The translations under genes were made by a program, and so were the position numbers. Below are positions 34,080 to 49,419 of a DNA stretch of 64,000 bases, in pieces. Position 1 is the stretch's first letter; every line of letters starts with the position of its first letter. The notes below the pieces were generated by a model that made no database searches, had not been told where the DNA came from, and saw only the letters and a list, made by a program, of their open reading frames with translations. This DNA comes from the human T2T-CHM13v2.0 reference genome, Homo sapiens. The stretch lies in NCBI RefSeq assembly GCF_009914755.1, contig NC_060926.1; one strand, written 5' to 3'.

Positions 34080-35199
34080 CTAAGAAAATGATAAACATAC
34101 TATTCAAAAGTAGATAAGGGGCAGTTAGAACATAAAACAATGGATATAGGAACACCAGGACTATTTTCTATTAAATCATAAGGAAAAATGAATTGTTGAA
34201 CATTTTACAAACAGCATACACATTTGTTTGGTGCTATATTCCTCTCCAAATACTTTATTCATAGAGAGACAATTATATTGGAAGTTACTTGCAAGACCTA
34301 TTCAGAAATCACACCCTCCTTGATGGCCTTTACTTATTCTTCCTCATTACTCAAGAATCAAGCTCTCTCTTCTCTGAAATTATAAAGGAACACTCTTGCA
34401 TTATTCCTAAAATATGTATGGTTATTTATAGATATGAGTTTTAAAAAGAACACTGATGGAAAGTACTTTAAACACAGTTTTGCAGAAGACACAGACACAT
34501 TCTTCAAAAGGCCATTTCTCAGATTTCTATAGACATACAAGTTAGCAATCAGTGACATGGAAGCTTTTATGTGCCTATGTATTTATTATTGGGTATGTGT
34601 TCATATAATACAATAATGTTTGTAACTATAATTCAATTCAAAATATATGCCAAATATGAGCCACATTTTGTGACATGTTCTGGGGCTGCACTGGGCAGAA
34701 AGGCATAGTTCACATTTTCAGAAAAATAAGTTGTTGTGGGATAGCTTTAACCTCTTTATAATTGACTGTATCATTCTCTGGATCTCAACTTCATCTAAAA
34801 TGGATACAGGTCAGTGATGTTGTATAATTAAGTACACCTTCCCACTAACTGCCCAGTGAGGGGAGACTCGAGGTTCATTGAGTATATCTGAGATACCATA
34901 CCAAAGTGGGTATCCAGAATAGATCTTCTAACTTATTTATCTTTTGCAAATCCAGGAATGCAGTGTTTTGTGAATTTTACATATTCTTTTCAATTAAATG
35001 GACAAGATAAAAGAGTCAAGGCTTTGGGTAATGTCTCAGTTTAATTCAATAGATAGCTAGTGATCAATAAATGTTTGTTAAGTGAGGGAATGCAAGTATG
35101 AAAGTAGAAGAAATCCTCAAAGTATTTAGCACATGGAGAGAAAAGGGTTGATTATTCTAACTACAAATATAACCTCATTACATTGTTGACTACACAGAA

Positions 35200-35790
35200 G
35201 AGAACTCAGCAGTAACATATTTCAGGAATCAGGAAATCTGGGTTCAGAGTCTGCCACCATAAAGCATATGACCTCAGTAACTTTTGTTTGTTTGTTTGTT
35301 TGTTTGTTTTATGGCAGAAATGCTCATCCTACCTACCTTGCTGAATTCTAAGAATCAAACAAACCTCATTCTCTGTGTGAATAACGCCTGCCTAGAAAGA
35401 TGCATCAGGGCAAGGGTGGGTGAGGAGGTAGAAGGTTGGGGGTTGTAGGAATGGCTGTAGAAGTTCTTCCAGTCAGAGTGAAGATCCTTTCAGCTCTAAA
35501 ACTCCATGATTCTATCATTCTAGGGCCAGCAATTACTATTGCTCCTCACCGAGAGCAATAATAATGGCAGCTTTTTATTGATTACCTACTCAGGCCCTCA
35601 ATAGTTTCACATATATTATTTATAATCCTCACACCTATTGTTAAAGAAGACAATGACATAATTATTCCCATTTCACAGATGAAGAAAGTGAATGTCAGAG
35701 AGGTTTAAATAACCTCCCCTTGGTCATACAGCTAATTAACTATGAAAGGAAGAATTTGCCCTTCCATATGTGCTTCCAAACAGCTGTGCT
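35200..35790. mobile_element. MIR fragments with a (TTTG)n microsatellite
   Basis: MIR core ccccatttcacagatgaagaaagtga...agagaggtt near 35670; tctgggttc...tctgccac near 35240. Confidence 0.65.
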
Positions 35791-36082
35791 TATTCCGTTC
35801 AGAAATAAAACGATCAATAGAGGAGACATGTGGCCTGGGTACAGAGAAAATATGATGTACTTTATTTCTCAAAAATGAAAAGAACTATATTGATTTTTTT
35901 TTCTCTTTACAAAATCAGTAGAAGCTTTTGGTTCAAGATGGTGGCATGAGCATCCCTTTTTTAAATTGCCCTGAAAAAAAATGGTAGTGAAATAATTTTA
36001 ACCCATTAATTATGAAGAAACTAGAAGAAAAGTCATCAGCTAAGGAGATATTTCACAAATTTCTGGAACCTGAAAAGGAGAG

Positions 36083-38373
36083 TATATTAGTCCGTTTTCA
36101 CACTGTTGATAAAGACATACCTGAGACTGGGCAATTTAAAAAAGAAAGAGGTTTAATGGACTTACAGTTCCATGTGGTTAGGGAGGCCTCACAATCATGG
36201 CAGAAGGCGAAAGCCACTTCTTACATGATAGCAGAAAGACAGAGAAATGAGAGCCAAGGGAAAGGGGTTTCACCTTATCAAACCATCAGATCCCATGAGA
36301 CTTACTCACTATCATAGGAATAATATGGGAGAAACCAACCCCATGATTCAATTATCTCCCACTGGGTCCCTCCCACAACATGTGGTAATTATGGGAGTAC
36401 AATTCAAGATGCAGTTTAGGTGGAGGCACAGAGCCAAGCCATATCATTCTACCCCTGGCCCCTCCAAATCTCATGTCTTCACATTTCAAAACCAATCATA
36501 CCTTCCCAACGGTCTCCTAAAGTCTTAACTCATTTCAGCATTAACCCAAAAGTCCACAGTCCAGAGTCTCATCTGAGACAAGGCAAGTCCCTACCGCCTA
36601 TGAGCATGTAAAGTCAAAAGCAAGCTAGTTATTTCCTAGATATAATGGGGGTACAGGTATTGGGTAAATACAGCCATTCCAGATGGGAGAAATTGGCCAA
36701 GACAAAGTGGTTACAGAGCCCATTCAAGTCCGAAATCCAGCAGGGCAGTAAAATTTTAAAGCTCCAAAATGATCTCCTTTGACTCCAGGTCTCACATCCA
36801 GGTCATGCTGATGCAAGAGGTGGGTTCCCATGGTCTTGGGCATCTCTGCCCTGTGGCTTTTCAGGGTACAGCCTCACTCTTGGCTGCTTTCACAGACTGG
36901 TGTTGAGTGTCTGCGGCTTTTCCAGGCAAACGGTGCAAGCTGTCAGTGGATCTACCATGCTGGGGTCTGAAGGACAGTGGCCCTCTTCTCACAGCTCCAC
37001 TAGGCGGTGCCCCAGTAGGGACTCTGAGTGGGGGCTCTGACCCCACATTTCCCTTCTGCACTGTTATATCAGAGGTTGTCCATGAGGGCCCTGCCCTTGC
37101 AGGAAACTTTTGCCTGGGCATCCAGGCATTTCCATACATCTTCTGAAATCTAGGTGAAGGTTCCCAAAGCCCAATTCTTGACTTCTGTGCACTTGCAAGC
37201 TCAACACCACATGGAAGCTGCCAAGGATTGAGGCTTGCACCCTCTTAAGCCATGGCCCAAGCTCCACGTTGGCCCCTTTCAGCCACAGCTGGAGCAGCTG
37301 GGACACAGGGTACCAAGTCCCTAGCCTGCACACAGCACGGGGACCCTGGGCCTGGCCCACAGAACCATTTTCTCCTGGGCTTCTGGGCCTGTGATGGGAG
37401 GGGCTGCCGTGAAGACCTCTGACATGCCCTGGAAATATTTTTCCCATTGTCTTGGGGATTAACATTTGGCTCCTTGATACTTATGCAAATTTCTGCAGCT
37501 GGCTTTAATTTCTCCTCTGAAAATAAGATTTTTTTTCCTATCGTATCGTCAGGCTGCAAATTTTTATGCACTGCATCTCTTATGAAACTGAATGCCTTTA
37601 ACAGCACCCAAGTCACCTCTTGAATGCTTTGCTGCCTAGAAGTTTCTTCCACCAGATACCTTAAATCATCTCTCTCAAGTTCAAAGTTCCACAAATCCCT
37701 AGGGCAGGGGCAAAATGCCACCAGTCTCTTTGCTAAAACATAACAAGAGTCACTTTTGCTCCAGTTCCCAACAAGTTCCTCATCTCCATCTGAGACCACC
37801 TCAGCCTGGATCTTATTGTCCATATCACTATCAGGCTTTTGGTCAAAGCCATTCAACAAGTCTCTAGGAAGTTCCCAACTTTCCCACATTTTCCTATCTT
37901 TTTCTGAGCCTTCCAAACTGTTCCAACCTCTGCCTTTTACCCAGTTCCAAAGTTGCTTCCACATTTTCACATATCTTTTCAGCAACACCCCACTATACTG
38001 GTACCAATTTACCGTATTAGTCCATTTTCATGCTGCTGATAAAGACATACCCGAAACTGGGCAATTTACAAAAGAAATAGGTTTAATAGAACTTACAGTT
38101 CCACGTGGTTGGGGGGGTCTCACAATCATGGCAGAAGGCAAAAGGCACTTCTTACATGTGGTGGCGAGAGAGAAATGAGAACCAAGTAAAACGGGTTTCC
38201 CCTTATCAAACCATCAGCTCTCCTGAGACTTACTCATTACCATGAGAACAGTACGGGAGAAACCATCCCCATGATTCAATTATGTCCCACCAGGTCTCTC
38301 CCACAACATATGGGAATTATGGGAGTGCAATTCAAATGAGATTTGGGTGGGGACACAGAGCCAAACCATAAAA
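36083..38373 (-). mobile_element. Complete THE1 MaLR element (5' LTR 38013-38373, internal 36447-38012, 3' LTR 36083-36446)
   Basis: Two direct LTRs with MaLR internal sequence between them; 5-bp TSD GAGAG at 36078-36082 and 38374-38378; internal ORF 37245..37988. Confidence 0.93.
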
Positions 38374-39139
38374 GAGAGGACAGACGAAACAGTTTAAAAC
38401 ACCACAGCCCAAAACTCATACAGGAAGGAAAACAATCTGCCTGGGAGACCACTAGAAAAGGCTCTGGTATCAGGGTTGGCAGATACCAAAGGAGAGAATG
38501 AGTAGGAAGGCTGAAAACCAGGAGGTTATCTGAACAGCTTTCTGCCAACAAATTACATAAAAAGAATACGTTCCCAAAAGGCAAAAAAGGATCAAATATG
38601 ACCCAATCAACAACAGAAAATCTGAATAGATCTGTATCAAGTACACTAATTGAATTAGTAATTAGCTTGCCAACCAAGAAAAGTTCAAGTCCAGATGGCT
38701 TCACTAATGAATTTGATCAAACAAGGAGGAAATAATACCAATTCTACACAAATTCTTTCAGAAAATAGAAGAGGTAAAAACACTTCCCAACTCTTTTTAT
38801 GAGGCCATTAGTGGCCTGATATCAAAGCCAGACAACAATATCACAAGAAAACTACAGGGCCATATCATTCATGAATATAAACTAAAAAATCCCGAACAAA
38901 ATACTAGCAAATCAGATCCAGCAACATATTAAAAGGATTACACACAATGACTAAGTGAGAGGAATGCAAGGTTGCACTAATATATAAAAAGCAACTAATG
39001 TAATATATCACATTAATAGAATAAAGAACAAAAACCAAATGATCACCTCAACAGACACAGAAAAAGCATTTAACAAAAATCCAGGATTCATTCATGATAA
39101 AATCTCTCAACAAATTTGGAAAGGAAATGATAAAAGATA

Positions 39140-39968
39140 TCTATTTCCTTTACATATTTTTTGAGCCCACGTTGTGTTATTTTTTCTTAATTATTTAATA
39201 TGTAATTTAACTGTAAATTGATGATTTATAGTTGTATATGATTATAAGGTAAAAAGTGTTATGATTTATTAATACAATGTGGAATAATTAAAGCTAATTA
39301 ACATATCCATCACCTCAAATACTTAACACTTTGTGTGGAGAATTTATGAAATTTACTCTCAAAGATTTTGAAATGCACAATACATTTACTAAATTTGCCA
39401 TGCTGTGCAATATGTTTTAAAGAAAAAAACAAAACTTACCCCTGTCTAACTAAGTCTTTGTAGCCTTTAACCATCATCTCCCCATTCCCCCTGCCTCCCT
39501 CCAGCCTCTGGTAACAACCATTCTACTCTCTGTTTCTTTTAGTTCAAGTATTTTAGATTAAACATATGAGAACATGCATATTTGTCTCTCTGTACCTATC
39601 TTATTTCACTTAGCATAGTGTTCTTCGATTCCATCCAAGTTAAATGATAAAATTTCCCTTTTTTAAGGCTGAAGTGTATTCCATTGTGTATATATACCAC
39701 ATTTTTTTAATCCATTCATCTGCTGATGGACAGTCAGGTTGATTACATAACTCAGCTATTATAAACAGTGCTGAAATGAACATGGGCATGCAGATGTCTC
39801 TTGAACATACTAATTTCAAATCTTTTGGGTGAATACCCAAAAATGAGATTGCTAGATCATATGGTAATTCTATTATTAGTTTTTTGACAAATATTCATAC
39901 AAATTTCCACAATGGCTGCACTAATTTACATTCTCATCAACACTGTACAAAGGTTCCTTTTCTCCACA
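39140..39968 (-). mobile_element. L1MA 3' end, antisense to the host L1
   Basis: acatatccatcacctcaaat, ccattcatctgctgatggaca; ORF track gives EWIKKMWYIYTMEY (L1 ORF2 C-terminus). Confidence 0.85.
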
Positions 39969-40930
39969 AAGTGTCTTAAAAACCTACAACTAACATTTCA
40001 CATTAATGTGAAAATCTGAATGCTTTCTCCCTTAGACTAAGAATTCCACTCTCACCAATTATTTTCAACAATATACCAAAGGACCTAATAAGTGCAAAAA
40101 GGATATAAAAAGAAAAAAGCATCCAAGTTGGAAATGAAGAAATAAAATTGTTTTTACTTGCATACACATGATCGTATGTATAGGAAATTCTAAGGAACTT
40201 TTAAAAGCTCTAAAATAAGTAAGTTTAGTAAGGTCTCAAAAACATAAGGTCAACAAGCAAAAATCAATTGATTTTTCTATATACTGGCAAAGAACAACCA
40301 GAAAATAAAATTAAATAATTTCATTCACAATAAAATTAATGGGATTACATTTTTAAAAAGAAGGGCAAGATTTCTACACAAAAATGTATATAAAGTGCTG
40401 AGAGCAACCGAAGATCTAAATAAGTGGAGAGAAATAACATGTTCATGGACTAGGCAACTCAATATTACTGAAATGACAATTCTCCAAAAATTCATTCACA
40501 GTCTCAACGCAATGCTTTCCAAGTCCCAGTAGGCATTTTTCCTTTGCAAAATCTGACAAGCTGATCTCTAAATATATGTAGAAATGCAAAAGACCTAAAA
40601 CACCCAAAATAATTTTGAAAAAGAATAAATTTTGAGGGCTTAAACTATCTAATTTCAAAACTTACTATGAAGCTAAAGTAATCAAGACAAGTATGGTACT
40701 GGTGTAAAAATAAACACATAGATCAATGGAACAGAAATAGCCCCTCGTATATGGTGAAATTATTTTCCACAAGTATGCCAAGGTAATTCAAGGGATTAGG
40801 GGTTGAAACATTTGAACATTTATATGCCAAAAAATTGAACATCAAACCGTACCTTACACCATAGACAAAAATGAAGTTGAAATGTATCATGCATGTAAAC
40901 GTAAGAGTTAAAATTATTTTTAAAAACCTA

Positions 40931-41407
<477 letters not shown>

Positions 41408-41892
41408 CTAGTGTATGAAGTCTGATGGGTCTTTGCACCACCTCTAAGGCACTTTGGATTTGTTGGAGGAAGAAAACTAAATGAACAAAGGAGAAGAGAA
41501 GATGACAGAAGACTGTCATGTTTACTGCCAAACAGCTCTCAAGGATGATTGTATGAAGTAGCTGAAGAGAGGCGCCCAGTGCCTGTCTTCTCCATAAAGA
41601 AGGACCAAAACAGCAAGTACATAAACACACATCAAGTAGATCATCTAGGGGAGAACACTGGAATCCAGCAGAGAAAAAACAGGGACCCTCTGAGGCATGG
41701 AAAACTTAAGATGGCAATGTAGAGAGGAAAGTAGGGCAGTAGGCCAGTTCAGCCCAGAGCCAGGAGGAATGCTCCATTGCAGGAAAAATGTAAGTGAGGT
41801 ATTGCCCAGCTGTTCACATTTCCACCCAAGAAACCTGCAGTCCTAGATACAGAAAAGCCTGTTGGCTCTCAGGATCCCTGAGCCTAGTATAG

Positions 41893-42375
<483 letters not shown>

Positions 42376-45300
42376 TAAGGCCCCACTGACATCCCCCTAC
42401 ATCCACCCAGAGGGCTACAATAGCATGGCATTGGCTGAACCCAGTGGACTGCCACATCACCAGCACCCAAGTTCATGCAGTGTCCTACTACCCAAGGAAT
42501 AGGCGATCCAGCATATCCAGGAGTCTTCCCCCAAGGTATTGGGAACCAAAGTGTGTACTCCCCAGAGCCTAAGAGCAGTCTACCTGGGGCCACTGCCACC
42601 AACAATGACCTTGCCCCCTCATCAGCAGGGACACTGTGTGTCCCACCTGGGGGTCCAGGGACCAGCCTGCCCACCCCACTGCAGATGCTGCCAGTGCCCA
42701 CCTGCCCTACCCTGGACCTTTCCAGCTGGCCTGTGGCCAACACCAATAATCTGGGTGTGATCCATTCTAGCACTCAAGGACCAACCTGCCTTCACTATTG
42801 CTGGCATCTATGCAACCCATCTGGGCCCCAAAGAGCAGATCTCCTTGCCTACTAGTGCCCACATGCTCTGCCTAGAGACCTAAGGACTGGCATTCCCAGG
42901 GCTCAACACTGCCGGTGCCCATGCATGCCACCCAGGAAACCAAGGACCAGTCCACCCAGCCCACTGCCACCATTCCCAGCACCCACACACCCCTCCTGGG
43001 ACCCAGATACTGCCCTCCATGAGTCATACCAAATCCCTGCCAGTGCCCCCATGTACCACCTAGGGACCTAAGGACTAGCCTACCTGGTATCCCTGTCCTT
43101 AGCAAAGCCTCATCACAGCCTCCACAAACACCCACAGCCTAGCCACTAAGTAATTTGCAGACACTACTGATATCAAATACAATCAAAGTAATCATACGAA
43201 CATTACACTATGGTGTCCACCCAGAACCAAAGCCAAAGCACCCTACCCAGTTAACATACTGATACATTCACAAGAAAAAGTATTTTCCTATGGAAGCTGC
43301 TTCATAAAATTGGAAGAAGTGACAGTTATAACAGATGCACAGATATCAACATAAGGACAACAGAAACATGAAAAAAATCAAGGAAACACAACACCTGCAA
43401 AGGAACACAATAATTCTCTACCAACAAGCCCCAAAGAAAAGGAAATCTAAAAAACCCCTGAAAAGGAATTAAAAATAATGATCTCAAGAAAACTCAGCAA
43501 GATACAAGAGAACACATATAAACAATATAAGCAAATCAGAAAAACTCATAAGCTGAATTAGAAATTTAATGAAAGGATAGATGTCACAAAAAAGAACCAA
43601 ACAGAAATCCTGAAACTGAAGAAATGAACAAAATAAAAAAATCAGGAGTTTCTGCAATGGACTAGATAAAGTAGAAGGAAGAATTTTTTAACTTGAAGAC
43701 AGGTATTTTGAAATAACCCAGTGAGACAATAAAAATGAATCAAAAAGAAGAAAGCCTGAGGGGCATATGGGATACCATCAAGCAAACAAATATTGAAATT
43801 TGGCAAGTTCCAGAAGGAGAAAAGATGGGGAAAAGCATAGAAAATTAATTTAATGAGATAATAACTGAAAACTTCCCAAGTCTTAGAAGAGATATAAACA
43901 TCTAGAAATACAAAACTCAGAAAGATCCCCAAATAGATTCAATCCAAAAAGTTCCTCTCTGTGGCACAACATATATAGTTAATCTGTCAAAAGTCAAAGA
44001 CAAAGAATTCTAAAAACAGCACAAGAAAACTTGCTGTAAAATTTTCTTGTCAAGTGACATATAAGGGAATAGCCAACCGAAAAACAGCATACTTATCAGC
44101 AGAAACCTTAAAGACCAAGACAGAATAAGACTATATATTCAAAGTGCTAAAAGAAAAAAAAAACTGTCAATCAAGAATACTATACTTAGCAAAGCTATCC
44201 TTCAGAAGTGAGGAGAAATAAGGACTTTCCCTAACAAATAAAAACTGAGCAAATTCACCACCACTAAACAGGTCCTACAGGAAATGGTTAAGAGAGACCT
44301 ACATCTGGAAGCAAAAGGATGATATCCACCATCATGAAAACACACTAAAGCATAAAATTCACTAGAAGAGCAGATACACAAATGAGAAAAAGGAGTCAAG
44401 CAATACTTTATAGAAGAACACCAAATCACAAAGGTAAGCAGTAAGAGGAGAACAAAGGCCATATAAAACAACCAGAAAACAATCATTAAAATGACAGGAG
44501 TAAGCCCTCACCTATTAATAACAACCTTTAATATATATAAACAGTTGAAATTCCCCTAATTAAAAGATACAGACTAGTTGAGTTGATTAAAAAAACAAAA
44601 CCCAACTATATGCTGCTGACAAGAAACTCACTTCACCTGTAAAGGTACACCTACAGACTAAAAATGAAGATATTCCATGCAAATGGGAACCAAAAACAGG
44701 TTTAGAATTTGCATGGTATATCTTCACTTTTAGTCCATGTGTGCCTTTACAGATGAAGTAGTAACTATACTTCTATCAGACAAAATAGACTTTAAGTAAA
44801 AAAACATAAAAAGAGATAAAGGAGGTCATTATATAATGAAAAGGGATCAATTCACCAAGTAGATCTAATTATAAATATATACCCACTCAATACTGGAGCA
44901 TTCAGATATATAAAGAAAATATTATTAAAGTTAAGGAGAGACATAGACCCCAATACAATAGAAAGGGACTTTAATTCCCCACTTTCAGCATTGGACAGAT
45001 CATCTAGACAGTAAATCAACAAAGAAACACTGAACCTAAACTGCACTGTAGACCAAATGGACCTAATAGACATTTGCAAAATGTTCCTTTCAATAGCTAC
45101 AAAATATGCATTCTTCTCATCAGTGCATGGAACATACTCCAGGTTAGACCACATGTTAGGCCACAAAACAAGTCTCAGCAAATGTAAAAAAAATCAAATC
45201 ACACACAATGAAGTAAAACTAGAAACCAATAGCAAGAGCAACTTTGAAAACAGTACAAATACAGGGACATTAAATACCAAGCAACCACTGGATCAATGAA

Positions 45301-45547
45301 AACATTAAGATGGAAATAAAAAATTTCTTGAAACAAATAAAAATGAAAACATAGTATACTAAAACCTATGGAATACAGCAAAAGCAGTGCTAGAAGGGAA
45401 GTTTATAGTAAGAAACCCATAAAAAATAGATTTCAAATAAACAACATAAAAACATACCTTAAGGAAATAGAAAAGCAAGAACAAATCAAATCCAAAATTA
45501 GTAGAAGAAATAATAAAGACCAGAGTAGAACTAAATAAGAGACCAAA

Positions 45548-45835
45548 ATCCAGGTGCAGTGGTTCACGCCTGTAATCCCAGCACTTTGGGAAGCCAAGGC
45601 AGCTGGATCACTTGAGGCCAGGAGTTAGAGACTAGCCTGGCCAACGTGGCAAAACCCTGTCTCTGCTAAAAATAGAAAAAATTAGCTGGGGGTGGAGGTG
45701 TGTTCCTGTTATCTCAGCTACTTAGGAGGTTGAGGCATGAGAAGCACTTGAACCCAGGAGGTGGAGGTTGGAGTGAGCCTAGGTTACATCACTGTACTCA
45801 ACAGAGTGAGATTCTGCCTCAAAAAAAAAAAAAAA
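45548..45835 (+). mobile_element. Alu in L1 ORF2
   Basis: Alu consensus with poly-A. Confidence 0.88.
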
Positions 45836-48434
45836 GACAAAAAAAAGATTTCAAAATTTAGTTTTTTAAAAAGATAAATAAAATTGACAAACCACTAACT
45901 AGACTAAGAAAAAATCATTAAAGACTATTATGATCAACAACTACACAACAATAAATTCAAAAACCCAGAAAAAATAGACACATCCCTAGACACATATAAC
46001 CTACCAATATTGAACCAGGGAAGAAATAGACAAATAATGAGTAATGAGATTGAATCAGTAACAAAATTATTTGCACAGACAAATAATGAGTAATGAGATT
46101 GAAACAGTAATAAAAAGTCTCCCCAAAAAGAAAAGCCCAACACTGGATAACTTTACTGCTGAATTCTATGAAAATTTTAAAGTACTAACACCAATTTTTC
46201 TCAAACTATTCCAAAAACTTGAAGAGAAAGGAATTTTTCCTAACTCATTCTACAAGGTAAGCATTACCTTGATACCAAAACCAGATACAGATACAACAAA
46301 AGGAGAAAACTACAGGTCAATATTCCTGAGGAACATAGACACAAAAATCCTCACCAAAATACCAAAACCAAATCCAATAATACATCAAAAAGATAATATA
46401 CCACAATCCACAATCAAGGGGGATATATTCTAGGAATGCAAGGATGGTTCAACATTCATAAATCAATATATGTGATACACCACATCAACCAAAGAAAGAG
46501 AAACCATACAATCATCTTAATAGATGTGGAAAAAGCATTTGATAAAATTCAACATGCCTTTGTGAAAAAACTCTCCACAACCTTGGTACAGAAGGAACAT
46601 ACCACAAAACAATAAAGGCCATATATGACAAATCTGCAGCTTTCATCATACTAAATGGGGATAAATTAAAATAGTTTTCTGTAAGATCTGGAACAAGAGA
46701 AGGTTGCCACTTTCACCACTTTTATTCAACATTGTACCAGAAGTCTTAGCCAGAGCAATTACACAAGATAAAGAAAGGGCATCCTAATTGGAAAGGTAGA
46801 AGTCAAATTGTTCTTGTTTGCAAATGACATGATCTTATATTTAGAAAGAAAAAAAAGGACTCCACCCAAAAATTGTTAGAACTGATAAATGATTTCAGCA
46901 AAGCTGCAAGATACAAAATCAACATACAAAACTCAGTAGCATTTCAATATACCAATAGCAAACATTCAGAAAAAGAAAGCAATCCAATTTATAACAGCTA
47001 AGAAACTAATTACCTAGGAAGAAATTTAATCAAAAAGTGAAAGATCTCTACAATGAAAAATAAAAAACACTGAAAAAAATAAATTGAAGAAAATCCCTTA
47101 AAAAATGCAAAGCAATCATGGATTGGAAAAATTATTATTGTTAAAATGTCCATACTGCCCAAAGCAATCTATACATTCAATACACTCCCTATCAAAATAC
47201 AAATGACACTCTTCACAGACATAGAAAAAACAATCCTAAAATTTATATGGAACCACAAAAGACCCCAAATAGCCCTAATCCTTAACAACAACAACAACAA
47301 AAAGACCAAAAATGGAGGAATCACACTACCAGACTTCAAAATACAGTACAAAGCTATAGTAACCAAAACAGCATAATGCTGATATAAAAACAGACACTTA
47401 GACCTGTGGAAAAGAATAGAGAAAGCATAAATAAATCCATGCATTTATATTCAACTCATTTTTGACAAAGGTGCCAAAAACATAAATTGGGGAAAGGACA
47501 GCCTCTTCAATAAATGGTGCTGGGGAAACTGGGTATCCATATGAAGAATAAAACTAGACCCTATCTCTCACCATCTACAAAAATAAAATGAAAATGGATT
47601 AAAGACTTAAATCTAAGACCTGAAACTATGAAAGTACTAGAAGAAAACATTGGAAAAATGCTTCAGGAGATTGGTCTGGGCAAAGATTTTTTGGGGTAAG
47701 ACCTCGAAAGCATAAGCAACAAAAGAAAAACAAGATTATATCAAGCTAAAAATATTTGCATAGCAAAAGAAACAATCAACAGAATGAAGAGAAAACCCAC
47801 AGAATGGGAGAAAATATTTGCAAACTATCCATAGACAAGGGATAAGGGATTAATAACCAGAATATATAAGGAACTCAAACAACTCAACAACAAATAATAA
47901 TAATAATAATAATTTGATTAAAAATGGGCAAATGATCCAAATAGATATTTCTCCAAAGAAGATGTACATATGGCCAACAGATGTGTGAAAACTTGCTCAA
48001 CATCTCTAATCACCAGGGAAATGCAAAGCAAAACCACAATGAGATATTATTTTACCCCAGTTAAAATGGCTATTATCAAAAAGACAAAAAATAACAGATG
48101 TGGGCAAGGATGTAGAGAAAGAGAATTCACACACACATTGTTGGTGGGAATGTAAATTAGTACAGCCAATATAGGAAACAGTATGGAAGTTCCTTTAAAA
48201 ACTAAACATAGAATTATTAGATTGTTGCAAAAGTAATTACAGAATACTATATGATCCAGAAATCCTATTGCTGTGTATATATTCGAAATAAAGAAAATAA
48301 GTATATCAAAGAGTTATCTGCACAAAGAAATAATAAATATTTGAGGGGACAGATATCCCAATTACCCCGATTTGATTGTAGACATATATTGAAATATTAC
48401 ATGTATCCCATAAATATATAAAATTATTATGTAC

Positions 48435-49260
48435 CAATAGTGTGAAAAGATAAGGCACAAACTGGGAGATAATATTTGCAAAAGATATCTGAAATGGACT
48501 TGTAAAGGAAATACATAAAGAACTCTTCCAATGCATACAGCAGCAGCAAACTACGCAATAAAAAAAGGGCCAAATATTTAAATAGGCACCTCATCAAAGA
48601 AGATACATGAATGTCAAACAAGCACAAAAAATGATACCCAATATTAGTCATTAGGGAAATCAACTTAAAGTCATAATAAGATAAAACACATCTACTAGAA
48701 TGGCTACAGTGTCAAAACAAAATAAAAACAAAATGTGGGTAAGGTGGAGAAACTAGAAACTTCTTCATTTGTTGTTTGTAGGAATAGAAAATGTACAGCA
48801 GCTTGGAAAACAATTTAGCATGTCTTAAAAAGTTGAACATATACCTACTATACAACTCTTCATTCTACACTCAGCTATCTGCCCAGCAAAAATGAAAATG
48901 TATGTTCACAAGAAGACGTGCATGCAAATGTTCACATCAGCATCATTCATAATAGTCAAAACCCAAACACAATAAATGCCATGAATAAACCTCAGAAATA
49001 AATATATGATTGCAGTTATATGAAATTTTAGAAAAGGTAAAAGTATAGAGATAGAAAGAAGACTAGCGATTACCTGGGGCAACCAGTGGGCAAGAGGATT
49101 AATTGAAACGGGCAAGTGGAAGCTTTTGTGAATGACAAAAGTATTCTAAAACTGGATTTTGGTGAAGGTTGTGCAACTACAAAAATTTGCTAAAACTCAC
49201 TACGTTTTACATTTAACATAGATCAATTTAGAGGCATGTGAATTATCTCTCAAAGCTTTT
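48435..49260 (+). mobile_element. Older L1MC/MD 3' remnant
   Basis: Degenerate ORF2 end and 3'UTR motifs. Confidence 0.65.
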
Positions 49261-49419
49261 TTTAAAAAAAGGGAAAAAAAAGCCTATCTGTGAGGCTTTG
49301 AAAATAAAATGTTCCCCCCAAAAAAGGTTAGAGAGAACCAAGACAGATTACCAACAAAATAATGACAAATAAAGTCACATAGGGTTCTCGTCAACAATGC
49401 ATGCCAAAACATAATGGTT

